A stretch of 61,295 nt of DNA, filler included, from 8 parts of 8 records of this genome joined end to end with filler, not necessarily neighbours in it, one strand, 5' to 3'; counted from the whole stretch's first letter, positions 18,617 to 28,903 are shown. Translations and numbers: made by a program. The notes: generated from the letters alone by a model not told the origin.

Positions 18617-20185
18617 ATGAGCATGAAGGAATACTTACTGGCCATAGACGCCGGAACCGGAAGCATCCGGGCCGTGATCTTTGATCTGGACGGGAATCAG
18701 ATAGCCGTCGGACAGCACGAGTGGTTTCACAAAGAGGATCCCCGCTACCCCGGTTCCATGGATTTCGAGATCGAGAGCAATTTCGAGCTCATGGTCCGCT
18801 GCATCAGGGAAGCGGTGGAAGAGGCGGGCATCGATGCGGCTCAGATCATAGCCGTATCCAGCTGCAGCATGCGCGAGGGCATCGTCCTTTACGATGCCGG
18901 GGGCAAAGAGATCTGGGCCTGCGCCAATGTGGACGCCAGGGCCGACCGGGAGGTCGAGGAGCTCAGCCGGATATCCGAAGGCATTGAGCACGAGATCTAT
19001 GAGAGATCGGGACAGACCTTCTCCCTGGGCGCCATAGCCCGCATCCTCTGGGTGAAAAACAAGATGCCCCGGATCTACGAAAACGTGAAGGCAGTGACCA
19101 TGCTGAACGACTGGATCTGCTACAGACTCTCCGGGGTGCTTTCGGTTGAGCCGTCCAACGGCTGCACCACCGGCATGTTCGCCCTGGGGGATCGGGGCTG
19201 GGACAGCGGGATCGCCCGCCGCTGCGGGCTGAAGGAAGACATCTATCCCCGGGTATTCGAAAGCGGCACGGCCATGGGAAAGGTGACGGCGGAAATCTCC
19301 GCCCTCACCGGCCTGTCCCGGGAGTGCAAGGTCGTTGCCGGCGGCGGCGACGCGCAGATAGGAACCGTGGGCGTCGGCGCCGTGCGCGAGGGGCAGATGG
19401 TCCTGTTCGGCGGCAGCTTCTGGCAGCTGGAATACAATACGGGCAAGGCCGTGACCGATCCCGAAGGCCGGGTCCGGGTGAACTGCCATGTCATCCCCGA
19501 TCAGTGGCAGCATGAGATGATCGCGTTCTTCCCGGGGCTGATCATGCGCTGGTTCAGAGACGCCTTCTGCCAGCTGGAGAAGCTTATGGAAGAGGAGACA
19601 GGCATCGACGCCTATGTCCTTCTGGACAGGCAGGCCGCGGATGTCCCCGCCGGCTCGAACGGTCTGCTCTGTTCCTTCTCGAGCGTCCAGGATTACAGCA
19701 ACTGGAAACACGGAGCCCCCTGTTTCACCAACTTCAGCCTTGATCCCGACAGGTTTAACAAAGGAAGCTTCTTCAAAGCCTTGATGGAGAATGCGGCCCT
19801 TGTTACTCTTGGGCATCTTAAGATCCTCAAGAAACTGAACGGGCTGGATGTGGAGGAGCTGATCTTTGCGTCCGGAGCCTCGAAGAGCCCCCTCTGGTGC
19901 CAGATCGTGTCTGATGTTCTGGGCGTAAGGGTCAAGGTCCCGGTCATCAAAGAGGCGGCGGCCCTGGGAACGGCGTTCTGCGCCGGAAAGGGCGTCGGCC
20001 GCTACAGCTCTATTGAGGACGCGGCCGAGAGGATCGTGGCCTTTGAGAAGACCTACGAACCCGATAGGGACAACCACAGGGTCTATGAAGAGATATTCGG
20101 CAGATGGATCGAGATCAACAGATCCCAGATGGAGCAGTCGGACCGCGGTCTGATCAGCCATATGTGGAAAGCCCCCGGTTTATAA
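18617..20185 (+). CDS. lsrK: Autoinducer-2 kinase (FGGY family)
   Basis: 'LAIDAGTGSIRAVIFD', 'PRYPGSMDF', 'SMREGIVLYD', 'IWACANVDARA', 'GGSFWQ', C-terminal 'WKAPGL'. Confidence 0.93.
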   Translation: MSMKEYLLAIDAGTGSIRAVIFDLDGNQIAVGQHEWFHKEDPRYPGSMDFEIESNFELMVRCIREAVEEAGIDAAQIIAVSSCSMREGIVLYDAGGKEIWACANVDARADREVEELSRISEGIEHEIYERSGQTFSLGAIARILWVKNKMPRIYENVKAVTMLNDWICYRLSGVLSVEPSNGCTTGMFALGDRGWDSGIARRCGLKEDIYPRVFESGTAMGKVTAEISALTGLSRECKVVAGGGDAQIGTVGVGAVREGQMVLFGGSFWQLEYNTGKAVTDPEGRVRVNCHVIPDQWQHEMIAFFPGLIMRWFRDAFCQLEKLMEEETGIDAYVLLDRQAADVPAGSNGLLCSFSSVQDYSNWKHGAPCFTNFSLDPDRFNKGSFFKALMENAALVTLGHLKILKKLNGLDVEELIFASGASKSPLWCQIVSDVLGVRVKVPVIKEAAALGTAFCAGKGVGRYSSIEDAAERIVAFEKTYEPDRDNHRVYEEIFGRWIEINRSQMEQSDRGLISHMWKAPGL

Positions 20186-20227
20186 GACAGAACTTGTATA
20201 AGGCCCTTCGGCCCTATGAGAATAAAT

Positions 20228-20327
20228 NNNNNNNNNNNNNNNNNNNNNNNNNNNNNNNNNNNNNNNNNNNNTTAATTAATTAANNNNNNNNNNNNNNNNN
20301 NNNNNNNNNNNNNNNNNNNNNNNNNNN
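20228..20327. other. Artificial contig spacer
   Basis: 44 N + TTAATTAATTAA + 44 N. Confidence 0.99.
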
Positions 20328-21194
20328 TCGATGAAATACATGATAAGGAATATCGGTCTTGAGGCTGCCAAACATTTCTTTATATCCATCTTCTGACAAA
20401 CCGCATAAATTTTGTAAGTCAAAAGCATTTCCCCATTGGTTAATTCTTTTTTCAAAATGATCTTTCATTCGCGTAACTAAAGGGGATTTAAGGTGCTTCC
20501 AATTCCAGGGACAGGCTTCCTGGCAAATTTCACAATCAGCCACTCTATTCTGCATGACCGCGCGAACTTCTTCTGACAGATTATCAACCTGCAACTGATA
20601 TGACATACACTTTTTAACATTCAGAACATATGGTTGATCGAGAGCATACAGAGGACATGCATTTTGACATTTATCACAATTGCGGCATCTATCAGTTTCT
20701 TCAACAGTGTTATGATCTAAATCGGCGTCTGTAATTATTCCGCCAAGCGCCAAAAATGTCCCAAACTTTTTAGATATAAGAAGGGAATGCTTGCCTTGCC
20801 ACCCTAAACCTGCTCGTATTGCAGCAAGTTTCAAAGGAAGAATAGACCCTCCTTCCATGGAACTGTCGCAAATTATAGCTTGGCAGCCATTTTGCCTTAA
20901 GAAATCTGCAATAGGTTCAAGCGGTTTTACGACATCAAGAAAAAAGCCCGAAAGATACAACCTGCTTGTTCTCCCATACGCCGGGTTTTCCCATTCGGGC
21001 ATGGTTGCGCCGCCTATATAGATCCCGGCCATAATGATGGATTTGGCGGATGATAATGTCAGTTTCGGGTCTCGCTTTTTATGATTGCTCAACAGATATC
21101 CAGAAAAAGGATGCGCCTCTGCAAATCCAATGGCATCTAATCCCAGGGAATCAGCAAGACTCTTTATTTTTTCAGATAGTGAATATTTATCCAT
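20328..21194 (-). CDS. Epoxyqueuosine reductase (QueG)-like 4Fe-4S dicluster protein (C-terminus truncated)
   Basis: 'AAIRAGLGWQGKHSLLI..KFG.F..LG...TD', 'CRNCDKCQNACP', 'CEICQEACPWN'. Confidence 0.8.
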
Positions 21195-21765
21195 TATTCT
21201 TATTTAATTCCAGGTTATATTTTGAGCCATCCGCATATTCCTCTGCTTTGAGAAGATAAGAAGGATGCTCCAACCCGGTCGGCTTGTAGAATTCGTCGTG
21301 CGTATATTTGAATCCAAGCTTTATGAGGAGGTTTCTCGAACCAGAATTCCTGGGATTGTGCCCGGCAAAGAGCCCGGAAACTATTAGTCCTGAAAAAGCG
21401 TATTCCATAACCGCCCGCGCGGCTTCTGACGCATAACCTTTTCGCCACTGGTTGGATCGAATATGAAAACCGATCTCCAGTATGTTACTGGCGGCTTCAT
21501 ACGGCCTGAGCCCGGCGCATCCTATATGGTCGCCGGATTCAAGCAGGAATACCGGCCAGTATTGAACGCCATGTTCGGATTGTGTGGCAATTTCCTGATG
21601 GAGTCTTTGTTTTACTTGCTCCCTTGATAGAGGCCCCCTTCCGTCAAAAAGCTTGGTAACTTCAAAATCGCCCCAGAGCCCGAAGGCAAGGTCAAGATCA
21701 TCCTCAGACCACCTGCGAAAGCCAAGTCGTTTGGATTTTAAAAAATAATCAGTTTTTAATGACAT
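21187..21765 (-). CDS. RimJ/RimL-type GNAT N-acetyltransferase
   Basis: 'SKRLGFRRW..DD', 'IGCAGLRP', 'EIGFH.....WRKGYASEAA', 'N.GS..LL.KLGF'. Confidence 0.9.
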   Translation of the reverse strand: MSLKTDYFLKSKRLGFRRWSEDDLDLAFGLWGDFEVTKLFDGRGPLSREQVKQRLHQEIATQSEHGVQYWPVFLLESGDHIGCAGLRPYEAASNILEIGFHIRSNQWRKGYASEAARAVMEYAFSGLIVSGLFAGHNPRNSGSRNLLIKLGFKYTHDEFYKPTGLEHPSYLLKAEEYADGSKYNLELNKNNG

Positions 21766-22037
21766 TATTCCTCAAAAATATTTCAAGATAATAACATTCT
21801 CAATCAATCAAAAATGGTTTAACACCCTATTGGGATCGAAACAATTTCCCAAGTTTTAAGTTTCCTGTCAACAACTGATGACTTGGCGTTTCCGGTTTTG
21901 GGGATTGGCTGATAGGAGGACGCCGGCTTGATCTTGAGCATTTAGGCTTATTACTATCGAAAAATCATTAGCATTCTAAATTTAACTGCGTCATAATCCA
22001 AAAAGAGATTGAGCCTTTTTAAGGGTACGGAAGAAAC

Positions 22038-22250
22038 ATGAAATTCGATGTTTTTGGTCTAAAAATTGAGGCTATACTGAAGCCGGAGGGCTGGGAAATC
22101 TTTTATCTTGGCAGCGAGGGCAAGAAACGCCCGGCCTCGGATATTGTGGTTCCAGCTTTTATCACCGAAGAAAAACTGGCTGTATACCTGGCCGATCTGC
22201 GGCATGAGTTCGCCACTCCGGAAAATCCTTTGGTCCGGGTCATTGAATAA
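22038..22250 (+). CDS. Small hypothetical protein
   Basis: 70 aa, 'MKFDVFG...W..F..G.EGK.R.A.D..VP......L..YL.DL.HE.A' pattern resembling a small conserved proteobacterial family. Confidence 0.65.
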   Translation: MKFDVFGLKIEAILKPEGWEIFYLGSEGKKRPASDIVVPAFITEEKLAVYLADLRHEFATPENPLVRVIE

Positions 22251-22357
22251 AACCGGTCGATACCGGCTCGTCTTATGCTCCGTAGGGTTCATGCAATAAC
22301 AGGACTAATTGGGTTTGTAGCGGCGCCCCTGAACGCTTGGCGGTCATACTTTACGGG

Positions 22358-22381
22358 TTGGGTTAGCGCAACGTAACCCAA
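22358..22381. repeat. REP-like palindrome TTGGGTTA-GCGCAACG-TAACCCAA
   Basis: Perfect 8-bp arms in intergenic DNA. Confidence 0.45.
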
Positions 22382-22568
22382 AAATTTTATCGGCTATTAA
22401 ACTTGTTAATATTTTTGTCTCCTTAGGAACGCCGTCTGTAATTTTCCACAGGAATATCTATCCGCCTTAATGGACTGTATCAGCGCGTCTTGGATCCATT
22501 CAACACCCCCTATACCCTAAAAATAAGTCCCTGCATGCCTTAATAATAAACTTTTCTGTAATTTCTCC

Positions 22569-22608
22569 TTGACAAAGTAAAAAGAGTATATGAATAATGT
22601 TATTCATA
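22569..22608 (+). promoter_or_regulatory. Sigma-70 promoter overlapped by palindromic operator TATGAATAA-TG-TTATTCATA
   Basis: TTGACA at 22569-22574, AATAAT at 22593-22598, perfect 9-bp inverted repeat at 22589-22608 upstream of the XRE gene. Confidence 0.65.
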
Positions 22609-22690
22609 ACCAAAATATAAATATTTATCAGGGATTCGGCAGCTGTCGATCCTCTTATCCATAATTGTTCCCAATGCTCGGGGGAGTCGA

Positions 22691-23275
22691 ATGATTTCAA
22701 CTCAAAGCGATCATAACTCCATGGAAGAGCAAATCGGCTGGCGGGTCAGGAAGCTTCGGCTTGAACGAGGCTTTACCACAACAGCGCTGGCGGAACGGGC
22801 CGGCATCACCCAGGGCTATCTTTCCAAAATTGAAAACTCAAAAAAAGCCCCGCCTGTATCAACATTAATGAACATTGCCCGGGCTTTGGGAATAAGCGTC
22901 TCAGACATTCTTTCCGAAACCGACCCGGAAACCAGGGTTACCGTCACCAGGGAAAATGAACGCCAGGTATTGGCCCGCAGCGGATTGGAATTCGGGTATT
23001 CCTACGAACCTCTGGCGCCTCTTTATCCCAACAGACACATGGATCCACATATTTTAACCGCAATCCCGGCCAACAAGGACACCCGGATCGTGCAGCACAG
23101 GGGCGAAGAGATGTTTTTTGTCCTGGAGGGATCGGTTCTTTTTAAATACGAAAATGATGAATATCGCCTGGATAAAGGCGACTGCCTATATTGGGACGCC
23201 GGAGTGCCTCATTCCGCCAGAGCGCTGGGGGATGTAGACGCCAAGGTTTTGGTGGTCATCTACAATGATGAATAG
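22691..23275 (+). CDS. XRE-family HTH regulator with C-terminal cupin (PuuR-like)
   Basis: 'IG.RVRKLR..RG.T...LAERAGITQGYLSKIEN', 'HRGEEMFFVLEG', 'GDCLYWDA..PH'. Confidence 0.92.
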   Translation: MISTQSDHNSMEEQIGWRVRKLRLERGFTTTALAERAGITQGYLSKIENSKKAPPVSTLMNIARALGISVSDILSETDPETRVTVTRENERQVLARSGLEFGYSYEPLAPLYPNRHMDPHILTAIPANKDTRIVQHRGEEMFFVLEGSVLFKYENDEYRLDKGDCLYWDAGVPHSARALGDVDAKVLVVIYNDE

Positions 23276-23290
23276 GAAAAAGGAAAGACC

Positions 23291-24067
23291 ATGCCGGACA
23301 ATGATATTTTGATGGAAATTGAAAAACTGGTCTTGCGTTTCGGAGGAGTGGTCGCTCTGTCCAACGTATCCGCGGTCGTGGGGCGGAGCGAGATTCTGGC
23401 CGTGATCGGCCCCAACGGCGCCGGTAAAAGCTGCCTGCTTAACTGCATGAACTGCTTTTACAAACCCCAGGAGGGCGCCGTCAAATTCATGGGCCAAGAC
23501 ATTTTACATCTCAAACCCCACAAGGTTGCCAAACTGGGGGTGGCCCGCACATTTCAGGGCATACAGCTCTTTCCGGGTTTGAGCGTCATCGACAACCTTT
23601 TATCCGGCCGGCACATGTACATGAAATCCAATCCGCTTCAGGGATTTTTATACAAGCACTGGACAGAGCGCGAAGAGATTTCCGAACGCCGCCGGGTGGA
23701 AGAAATCATAGATTTTCTCGAGATTAAACACATCCGTCACAGCCTGGTCGGGTCCCTGAGTTACGGCTTACGGAAGCGCGTGGATCTCGGCCGGGCCCTG
23801 GCCATGGAGCCGAAGCTGCTGTTAATGGACGAACCCATGGCCGGCATGAACCTTGAGGAAAAGGAGGACATGGCCCGTTTTATCATCGATATTCGCGAAG
23901 CCATGGACGTTCCGGTAGTGATCGTCGAGCACGATATGCAGGTGGTTATGGACATTGCCGACCGGATATATGTGCTTAACTGGGGAAATGTAATCGCCGA
24001 GGGCTCGCCCGCCGAGATCAAGGCCAACCCCGAAGTCATTCAGGCGTATTTGGGGGAGGAGCGATAG
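23291..24067 (+). CDS. Branched-chain-amino-acid-type ABC ATP-binding protein (LivG-like)
   Basis: 'FGGVVAL', 'IGPNGAGKS', 'ARTFQ', 'LMDEPMAGMN', 'VEHDM', 'V..AYLG'. Confidence 0.93.
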   Translation: MPDNDILMEIEKLVLRFGGVVALSNVSAVVGRSEILAVIGPNGAGKSCLLNCMNCFYKPQEGAVKFMGQDILHLKPHKVAKLGVARTFQGIQLFPGLSVIDNLLSGRHMYMKSNPLQGFLYKHWTEREEISERRRVEEIIDFLEIKHIRHSLVGSLSYGLRKRVDLGRALAMEPKLLLMDEPMAGMNLEEKEDMARFIIDIREAMDVPVVIVEHDMQVVMDIADRIYVLNWGNVIAEGSPAEIKANPEVIQAYLGEER

Positions 24068-26059
24068 ATGACCGATCTGACCGAGGCATACAAAAACTGG
24101 GGCGATATGCCCGAAATCATAGAAAAAGGGCTTGAGACCCTGCCGCAGCTTCTTTTATACCAGACCGGCCGCTACGGCGATCGGGTTTTTCACCGTAAAA
24201 AGGACTTTGGAATCTGGCAGCGGTTCACCTTTAATGATGTCACGGCCGCGGTGCGTGAATTCGCCATGGGGTTGGCCGCTTTGGGCGTTAAGCGCGGCGA
24301 ATCCGTGGCCATGGTCGGGGAAAACGAGCCCGAGCTTTTTTGGGCGGAATACGCGGTTCAGTCCCTGGGGGGGAAGGTCGTCTGCATGTACCCCGACCTG
24401 ACCGCGCCCCAGATGGAATACCTGGTGGACCATTCCGAGGCCGTGCTTTTGGTCTGCGAAGACCAGGAACAGGTGGACAAGGCCATTGAAATAGAAAAAA
24501 AGGTTCCAGCGGTGGCCAAAATCATTTACTGGGATGACAAGGGCATGTGGCAGTACGACCACCCCAAGCTGCTCACCTTTAATCAGGTCAGGGAAATGGG
24601 CCGTGATCATCTTAGTCGGAATCCAGGCCTTTTCGAAGAGGAGGTAGCCCGGGGCAAGGGCGACGATCCTGCCGTTATCAGCTATACTTCGGGCACGACC
24701 GGTCTTCCCAAGGGCTGCATAGTGACCCACACCAATTGCCTGGACACCGCCTTTCGCATGGTCGGCGCCACGCCCATGAAGCCGTTTACCATGTACCTGT
24801 CATATATTTCTCCGGCCTGGGCCGCGGAACAGTTCTGCGGCATCACCCTGGGAGTGTTGTCGCCCCTCCTGGTGAATTTTTCCGAAGAGCCGGAAACTGT
24901 TCAGGAAAACCTGCGCGAGATCGGAACCGAGGCCATCGTTTTCACGCCCCGCCAATGGGAAAGCCTGGCCTCGCTCGTGGAATCCAAGATGCTTGACGCC
25001 GGCTGGATTCGTCGCTGGTTTTTCAACTGGGGCATGAAGGTCGGCCGGATGACCAACCTGGCCGAACTCGAGGGCCGGGATATTTCTACCATGTGGCGAC
25101 TGCTCCGCCCCCTGGCCGAGAAGATGGTCCTGTATCCCCTGCGCGACAACCTGGGACTCCAGGACGTATACCTGGCCCAGTCCGGAGGTTCGGGCATGGC
25201 CCCGGACGTCTTCCGCTTCTTTCACGCCATGGGGGTTAAGCTCCGAAACATCTACGGGGCCACGGAAATGGGCATGTTCACCGGCCATGTGGGTGAAGCA
25301 TACGACCTGGAAACCGTGGGCAAGATCAACCCGGTCCACCCGCACTTCGGCCCGCAACTCGATTTCAAAATCAGTGATGAAGGCGAGCTTCTGGTCAAAG
25401 GCGGTTCGGGCTTTTCAGGGTATTACCGCAACCCAGAGGCTTCGGCTAAAAAACTTATTGATGGGTATTACACCACCGGCGACGCCTTATCCATGACCGA
25501 CAAGGGCGAGATGGTCTATCTCGATCGGCTTGACGACATGCGAAGGCTGTCCTCCGGGCACTCGTACCCGCCCCAGTTCATCGAAAACAGGCTGCGCTTC
25601 AGCCCGTTCATCAAGGAATGCATGACCATCGGCGATCCCGAGAAACCGTTTGTGTCGGCTTTTATAAATATCGACATCGGAACAATGGGTCCCTGGGCCG
25701 AGCAAAGGCGGATAGGGTACACGACTTTCACCGACCTGTCCCAGAACGAAAAGGCCAGGGAAGTCATACTAAACGAGATCGCCCGGGTTAATTATTTCCT
25801 TCCCGAGGGATCAAAAGTCCGTAGATTCCTGAACCTGCCCAAGGAACTGGATGCGGACGAGGATGAACTGACCCGAAGCCGGAAAATACGTCGCGGCTTC
25901 CTGGAAGATAAATATGCCTCGTTCATTGAGCATATCTATGCCGGGGACGCGGACTTCGACGCGGAAGTTCCAATTAAATACCAGGACGGACGAGTGGGTA
26001 TGCTCAAAACCAAGGTTTACATCGAAGATTTGGAAGAGGAGGCCAAGCAAGAAAAATGA
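24068..26059 (+). CDS. Long-chain acyl-CoA synthetase-like AMP-binding enzyme
   Basis: 'YTSGTTGLPKG', 'IYGATE', 'TGD', 'PQFIENRLRFSPFI.E', 'ELTRSRKIRR'. Confidence 0.9.
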   Translation: MTDLTEAYKNWGDMPEIIEKGLETLPQLLLYQTGRYGDRVFHRKKDFGIWQRFTFNDVTAAVREFAMGLAALGVKRGESVAMVGENEPELFWAEYAVQSLGGKVVCMYPDLTAPQMEYLVDHSEAVLLVCEDQEQVDKAIEIEKKVPAVAKIIYWDDKGMWQYDHPKLLTFNQVREMGRDHLSRNPGLFEEEVARGKGDDPAVISYTSGTTGLPKGCIVTHTNCLDTAFRMVGATPMKPFTMYLSYISPAWAAEQFCGITLGVLSPLLVNFSEEPETVQENLREIGTEAIVFTPRQWESLASLVESKMLDAGWIRRWFFNWGMKVGRMTNLAELEGRDISTMWRLLRPLAEKMVLYPLRDNLGLQDVYLAQSGGSGMAPDVFRFFHAMGVKLRNIYGATEMGMFTGHVGEAYDLETVGKINPVHPHFGPQLDFKISDEGELLVKGGSGFSGYYRNPEASAKKLIDGYYTTGDALSMTDKGEMVYLDRLDDMRRLSSGHSYPPQFIENRLRFSPFIKECMTIGDPEKPFVSAFINIDIGTMGPWAEQRRIGYTTFTDLSQNEKAREVILNEIARVNYFLPEGSKVRRFLNLPKELDADEDELTRSRKIRRGFLEDKYASFIEHIYAGDADFDAEVPIKYQDGRVGMLKTKVYIEDLEEEAKQEK

Positions 26060-26937
26060 GCCTGTTATCACACATAATCAATGGAGCCCTGATCGGGCTC
26101 CTGTACGCGCTTATCGCCATGGGCTTCGTCATCATCTACCGCTCCGCCAGGGTCTTCAATATCGCCCAGGGGGAAATCCTTATTCTCGGCGCCTTTTTGC
26201 TCTGGTCCTTCCTTCAGTATTGGGAATTGCCCATGTGGCTTTCCCTGGTTCTGGCCGTGCTGTCCAGCCTGGTTATCGGTCTGATTGTTGAGCGCCTGGT
26301 TCTGCGCCCCCTGGTAGGTGAGGAAGTCTTTGCCCTGGTCATGGTCACCATAGGCCTGCTGGTTTTCATCCGCGGCCTGATCCTGGTGATCTGGTCGGCC
26401 GAAGTGCATTTTATACCGCCCATCTTCCCCATGAAGGGGCTCAAGCTAGGTCCTTTCATGCTGGACCGGGGACTGGTTTTCGGCGGCATAGGGACCATTT
26501 TCATGGCCGGCGTGTTTTCGTGGTTCTTTAACCACACGCGGATGGGCATGGAAATGACCGCCGTGGCCGAAGACCACCAGATCGCTCTTTCACTTGGCCT
26601 GACGGTCAAGCGATCCATTGCTGCGGCCTGGGCCATCAGCGGCGTACTCTCCACCCTGGCCGCCATAGTACTGCTGTCCGGAAAGGGCATGACCTTCCTT
26701 GTGGGCGATATCGGCATGGCGGCCTTGCCTGTGGCTCTCCTGGCCGGTCTCGAATCCATAGGCGGCCTGATTATCGCCGGTATTCTCATCGGCGTATCCA
26801 TGGGCGTGGCCGAGCATTTTCTGGATCCGATTTTCAAGGGCGGCGTGGGCGCCGTCTTCCCGTTCTTCATCATGATTATCATTCTTCTGATTCGCCCCTC
26901 CGGCCTGTTCGGGTGGCGGACTATCGAAAGGATATAA
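26056..26937 (+). CDS. LivH-like ABC permease
   Basis: 'G.LYALIAMGFVIIY.....FNIAQGE', 'IRPSGLFG'. Confidence 0.92.
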   Translation: MSLLSHIINGALIGLLYALIAMGFVIIYRSARVFNIAQGEILILGAFLLWSFLQYWELPMWLSLVLAVLSSLVIGLIVERLVLRPLVGEEVFALVMVTIGLLVFIRGLILVIWSAEVHFIPPIFPMKGLKLGPFMLDRGLVFGGIGTIFMAGVFSWFFNHTRMGMEMTAVAEDHQIALSLGLTVKRSIAAAWAISGVLSTLAAIVLLSGKGMTFLVGDIGMAALPVALLAGLESIGGLIIAGILIGVSMGVAEHFLDPIFKGGVGAVFPFFIMIIILLIRPSGLFGWRTIERI

Positions 26938-26941
26938 AACC

Positions 26942-28003
26942 ATGACGTACGCAGCCGGAGTGCATGCCGAAACTTACCAGCAGGACCAGGCCGTCATCAT
27001 GACCAAAACCCAGTGGTGCTGGTTCATCGGCTTCATGATCCTGCTGTTTACCCTGCCTTTGTTCGGCGGCGGGCGTATAGTCGGAATCATGAATATAATG
27101 GGGATAACGCTCATCGCCGTGGTGGGGCTCCAGATCAACGCCGGGTTCGCCGGTCAGATCAATCTTGGCCAGTCCGCTTTCATGGGCGTGGGCGCGTACA
27201 CGGCCGGGGCCCTGACTTACCATTTCGATTTGCCTATCTGGTTCACCATCCCTGCCGCCGGGGTCGGGGCCGCCTTTTTCGGCTCTGTTTTCGGCCTGGC
27301 CGCTGTGCGCATTAAAGGCTTTTACCTTGCCCTGACCACAATTGCCGCCCAATACATCTTCTATTTCGCCATGCTGCGTCTGCCGTTCTCCTGGTTCGGT
27401 CAATCCGAAGGCCTGCGGCTCAAACCCGTCAAACTGTTCGGGTTCGAATTCGACACCGACCTCAGAATGTATTACCTCATATTCATTATCTGCACGATCA
27501 TGATCTACGGCGCGTACGGCATCATGCGATCCCGGACGGGACGCGCCCTGGTCGCCGTCAGGGATAATGACAACGCGGCCGAGATCATCGGAATCAACGT
27601 ATTTTATTACAAGTCTCTCTCGTTTTTTATAGGCGCCTTCTATGCCGGAGTGGCCGGCGCCCTTTGGGGATACTACGTGCGATACATCCAGGCCGACCAG
27701 TTCACTCTCTGGCTTTCCGTCTGGTACCTGGGCATGCTTATCGTGGGCGGCATGGGTTCTATCTTCGGGGCCATTATCGGTACGGTCACCATTCGCCTGC
27801 TCCAGGAACTGGTCACATTTCTCGGCCCCATGGCCGCCAACATCAGCTTCCTGGCCGATACCGGAGGGGCCATTGTGTTCGCAGGCATGAACATGCTTTT
27901 GGGTGGAGTCATCATCCTCTTCATTATCTTTGAACCCCGGGGCCTTGCTCACCGGTGGAATATCATCAAGGAAAGTTACCGCATCTGGCCGTTTCCGCAC
28001 TAG
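26942..28003 (+). CDS. LivM-like ABC permease
   Basis: 'GQINLGQSAFMGVGAY', 'RIKGFYLAL.T', 'GRALVAVRDN..AAE..GI', 'FEPRGL'. Confidence 0.92.
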   Translation: MTYAAGVHAETYQQDQAVIMTKTQWCWFIGFMILLFTLPLFGGGRIVGIMNIMGITLIAVVGLQINAGFAGQINLGQSAFMGVGAYTAGALTYHFDLPIWFTIPAAGVGAAFFGSVFGLAAVRIKGFYLALTTIAAQYIFYFAMLRLPFSWFGQSEGLRLKPVKLFGFEFDTDLRMYYLIFIICTIMIYGAYGIMRSRTGRALVAVRDNDNAAEIIGINVFYYKSLSFFIGAFYAGVAGALWGYYVRYIQADQFTLWLSVWYLGMLIVGGMGSIFGAIIGTVTIRLLQELVTFLGPMAANISFLADTGGAIVFAGMNMLLGGVIILFIIFEPRGLAHRWNIIKESYRIWPFPH

Positions 28004-28108
28004 CGGAACGCGGATAAAAAATAAAGCGGCCTTGGGGGCCGCCTGATAATCCGGTCGAAACGGACGGTTTAATGATTTTTCCAATAACTTGAAAGGAAGG
28101 AGCGAGTC

Positions 28109-28803
28109 ATGAAGAGAGCCTTATTAATTATCCTAATCGCGGGCGTACTTATGTTCTCGGCGGGCGGACAGGCCATGGCCGAGGTCAAGGAGTTCACCAT
28201 CCCGGTGATTTCGGACTTCTCAGGCGCGTACGCCGAACTGTTCAAATCCTGGGTCCCGATCCAGAAGGCGGTCTTTGCCTGGTGGAACGACACGGAAGGC
28301 GCAAAACTCGGTGTGAAGCTCAACCTGAAACACTATGACGGCCGGTACGATTCCAGCGTTGTGGCCAGCATGTGGCCCGGCATCCTGGCCGAAACCAAGC
28401 CCATTGCCGCCCTTGGCGCCGGCGGGGCCGACGTGGCCGCTCTGCAGCAGCGCCTGCCCAAAGACAAGGTGCCCGTGTTCTATGGCACCGCGGCCTATGG
28501 TTACGCCTGGCAGCCCGACCAATGGATTTTTCATGTTCGTCCCACGTACCTGCACGAAATGCTCACCGCTCTCGAATTTTTTGCCAAACAGAATCCTGAC
28601 AAAAAGCCGATCAAGGTCGGCTTCCTGATCGGAAACGTGGCCGCGGCGGTTGACCTGTTCAAGGGCATGGACAAGTACGTCGAGGAAGTACTGGAACCCA
28701 AGGGCCTGGTCAAGGTCGTGGCCCGGGAATACGTGGAAATCAATCCTGTGGATATCTCCACCCAGGTTAAAAAACTCATCGACGCCAAGTCGGATATGAT
28801 CAT
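28109..28803 (+). CDS. LivK-like ABC substrate-binding protein (truncated)
   Basis: Signal peptide, 'ISDFSGAYA', 'YDGRYD'; last gene of the Liv-type operon on the contig. Confidence 0.8.
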
Positions 28804-28903
28804 NNNNNNNNNNNNNNNNNNNNNNNNNNNNNNNNNNNNNNNNNNNNTTAATTAATTAANNNNNNNNNNNNNNNNNNNNNNNNNNNNNNNNNNNNNNNNN
28901 NNN
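28804..28903. other. Artificial contig spacer
   Basis: 44 N + TTAATTAATTAA + 44 N. Confidence 0.99.

Noticed and set aside
15868-20161. Long ORFs 15868-17427 (+) and 18635-20161 (-)
   Set aside because: Antisense shadows of lsrA and lsrK
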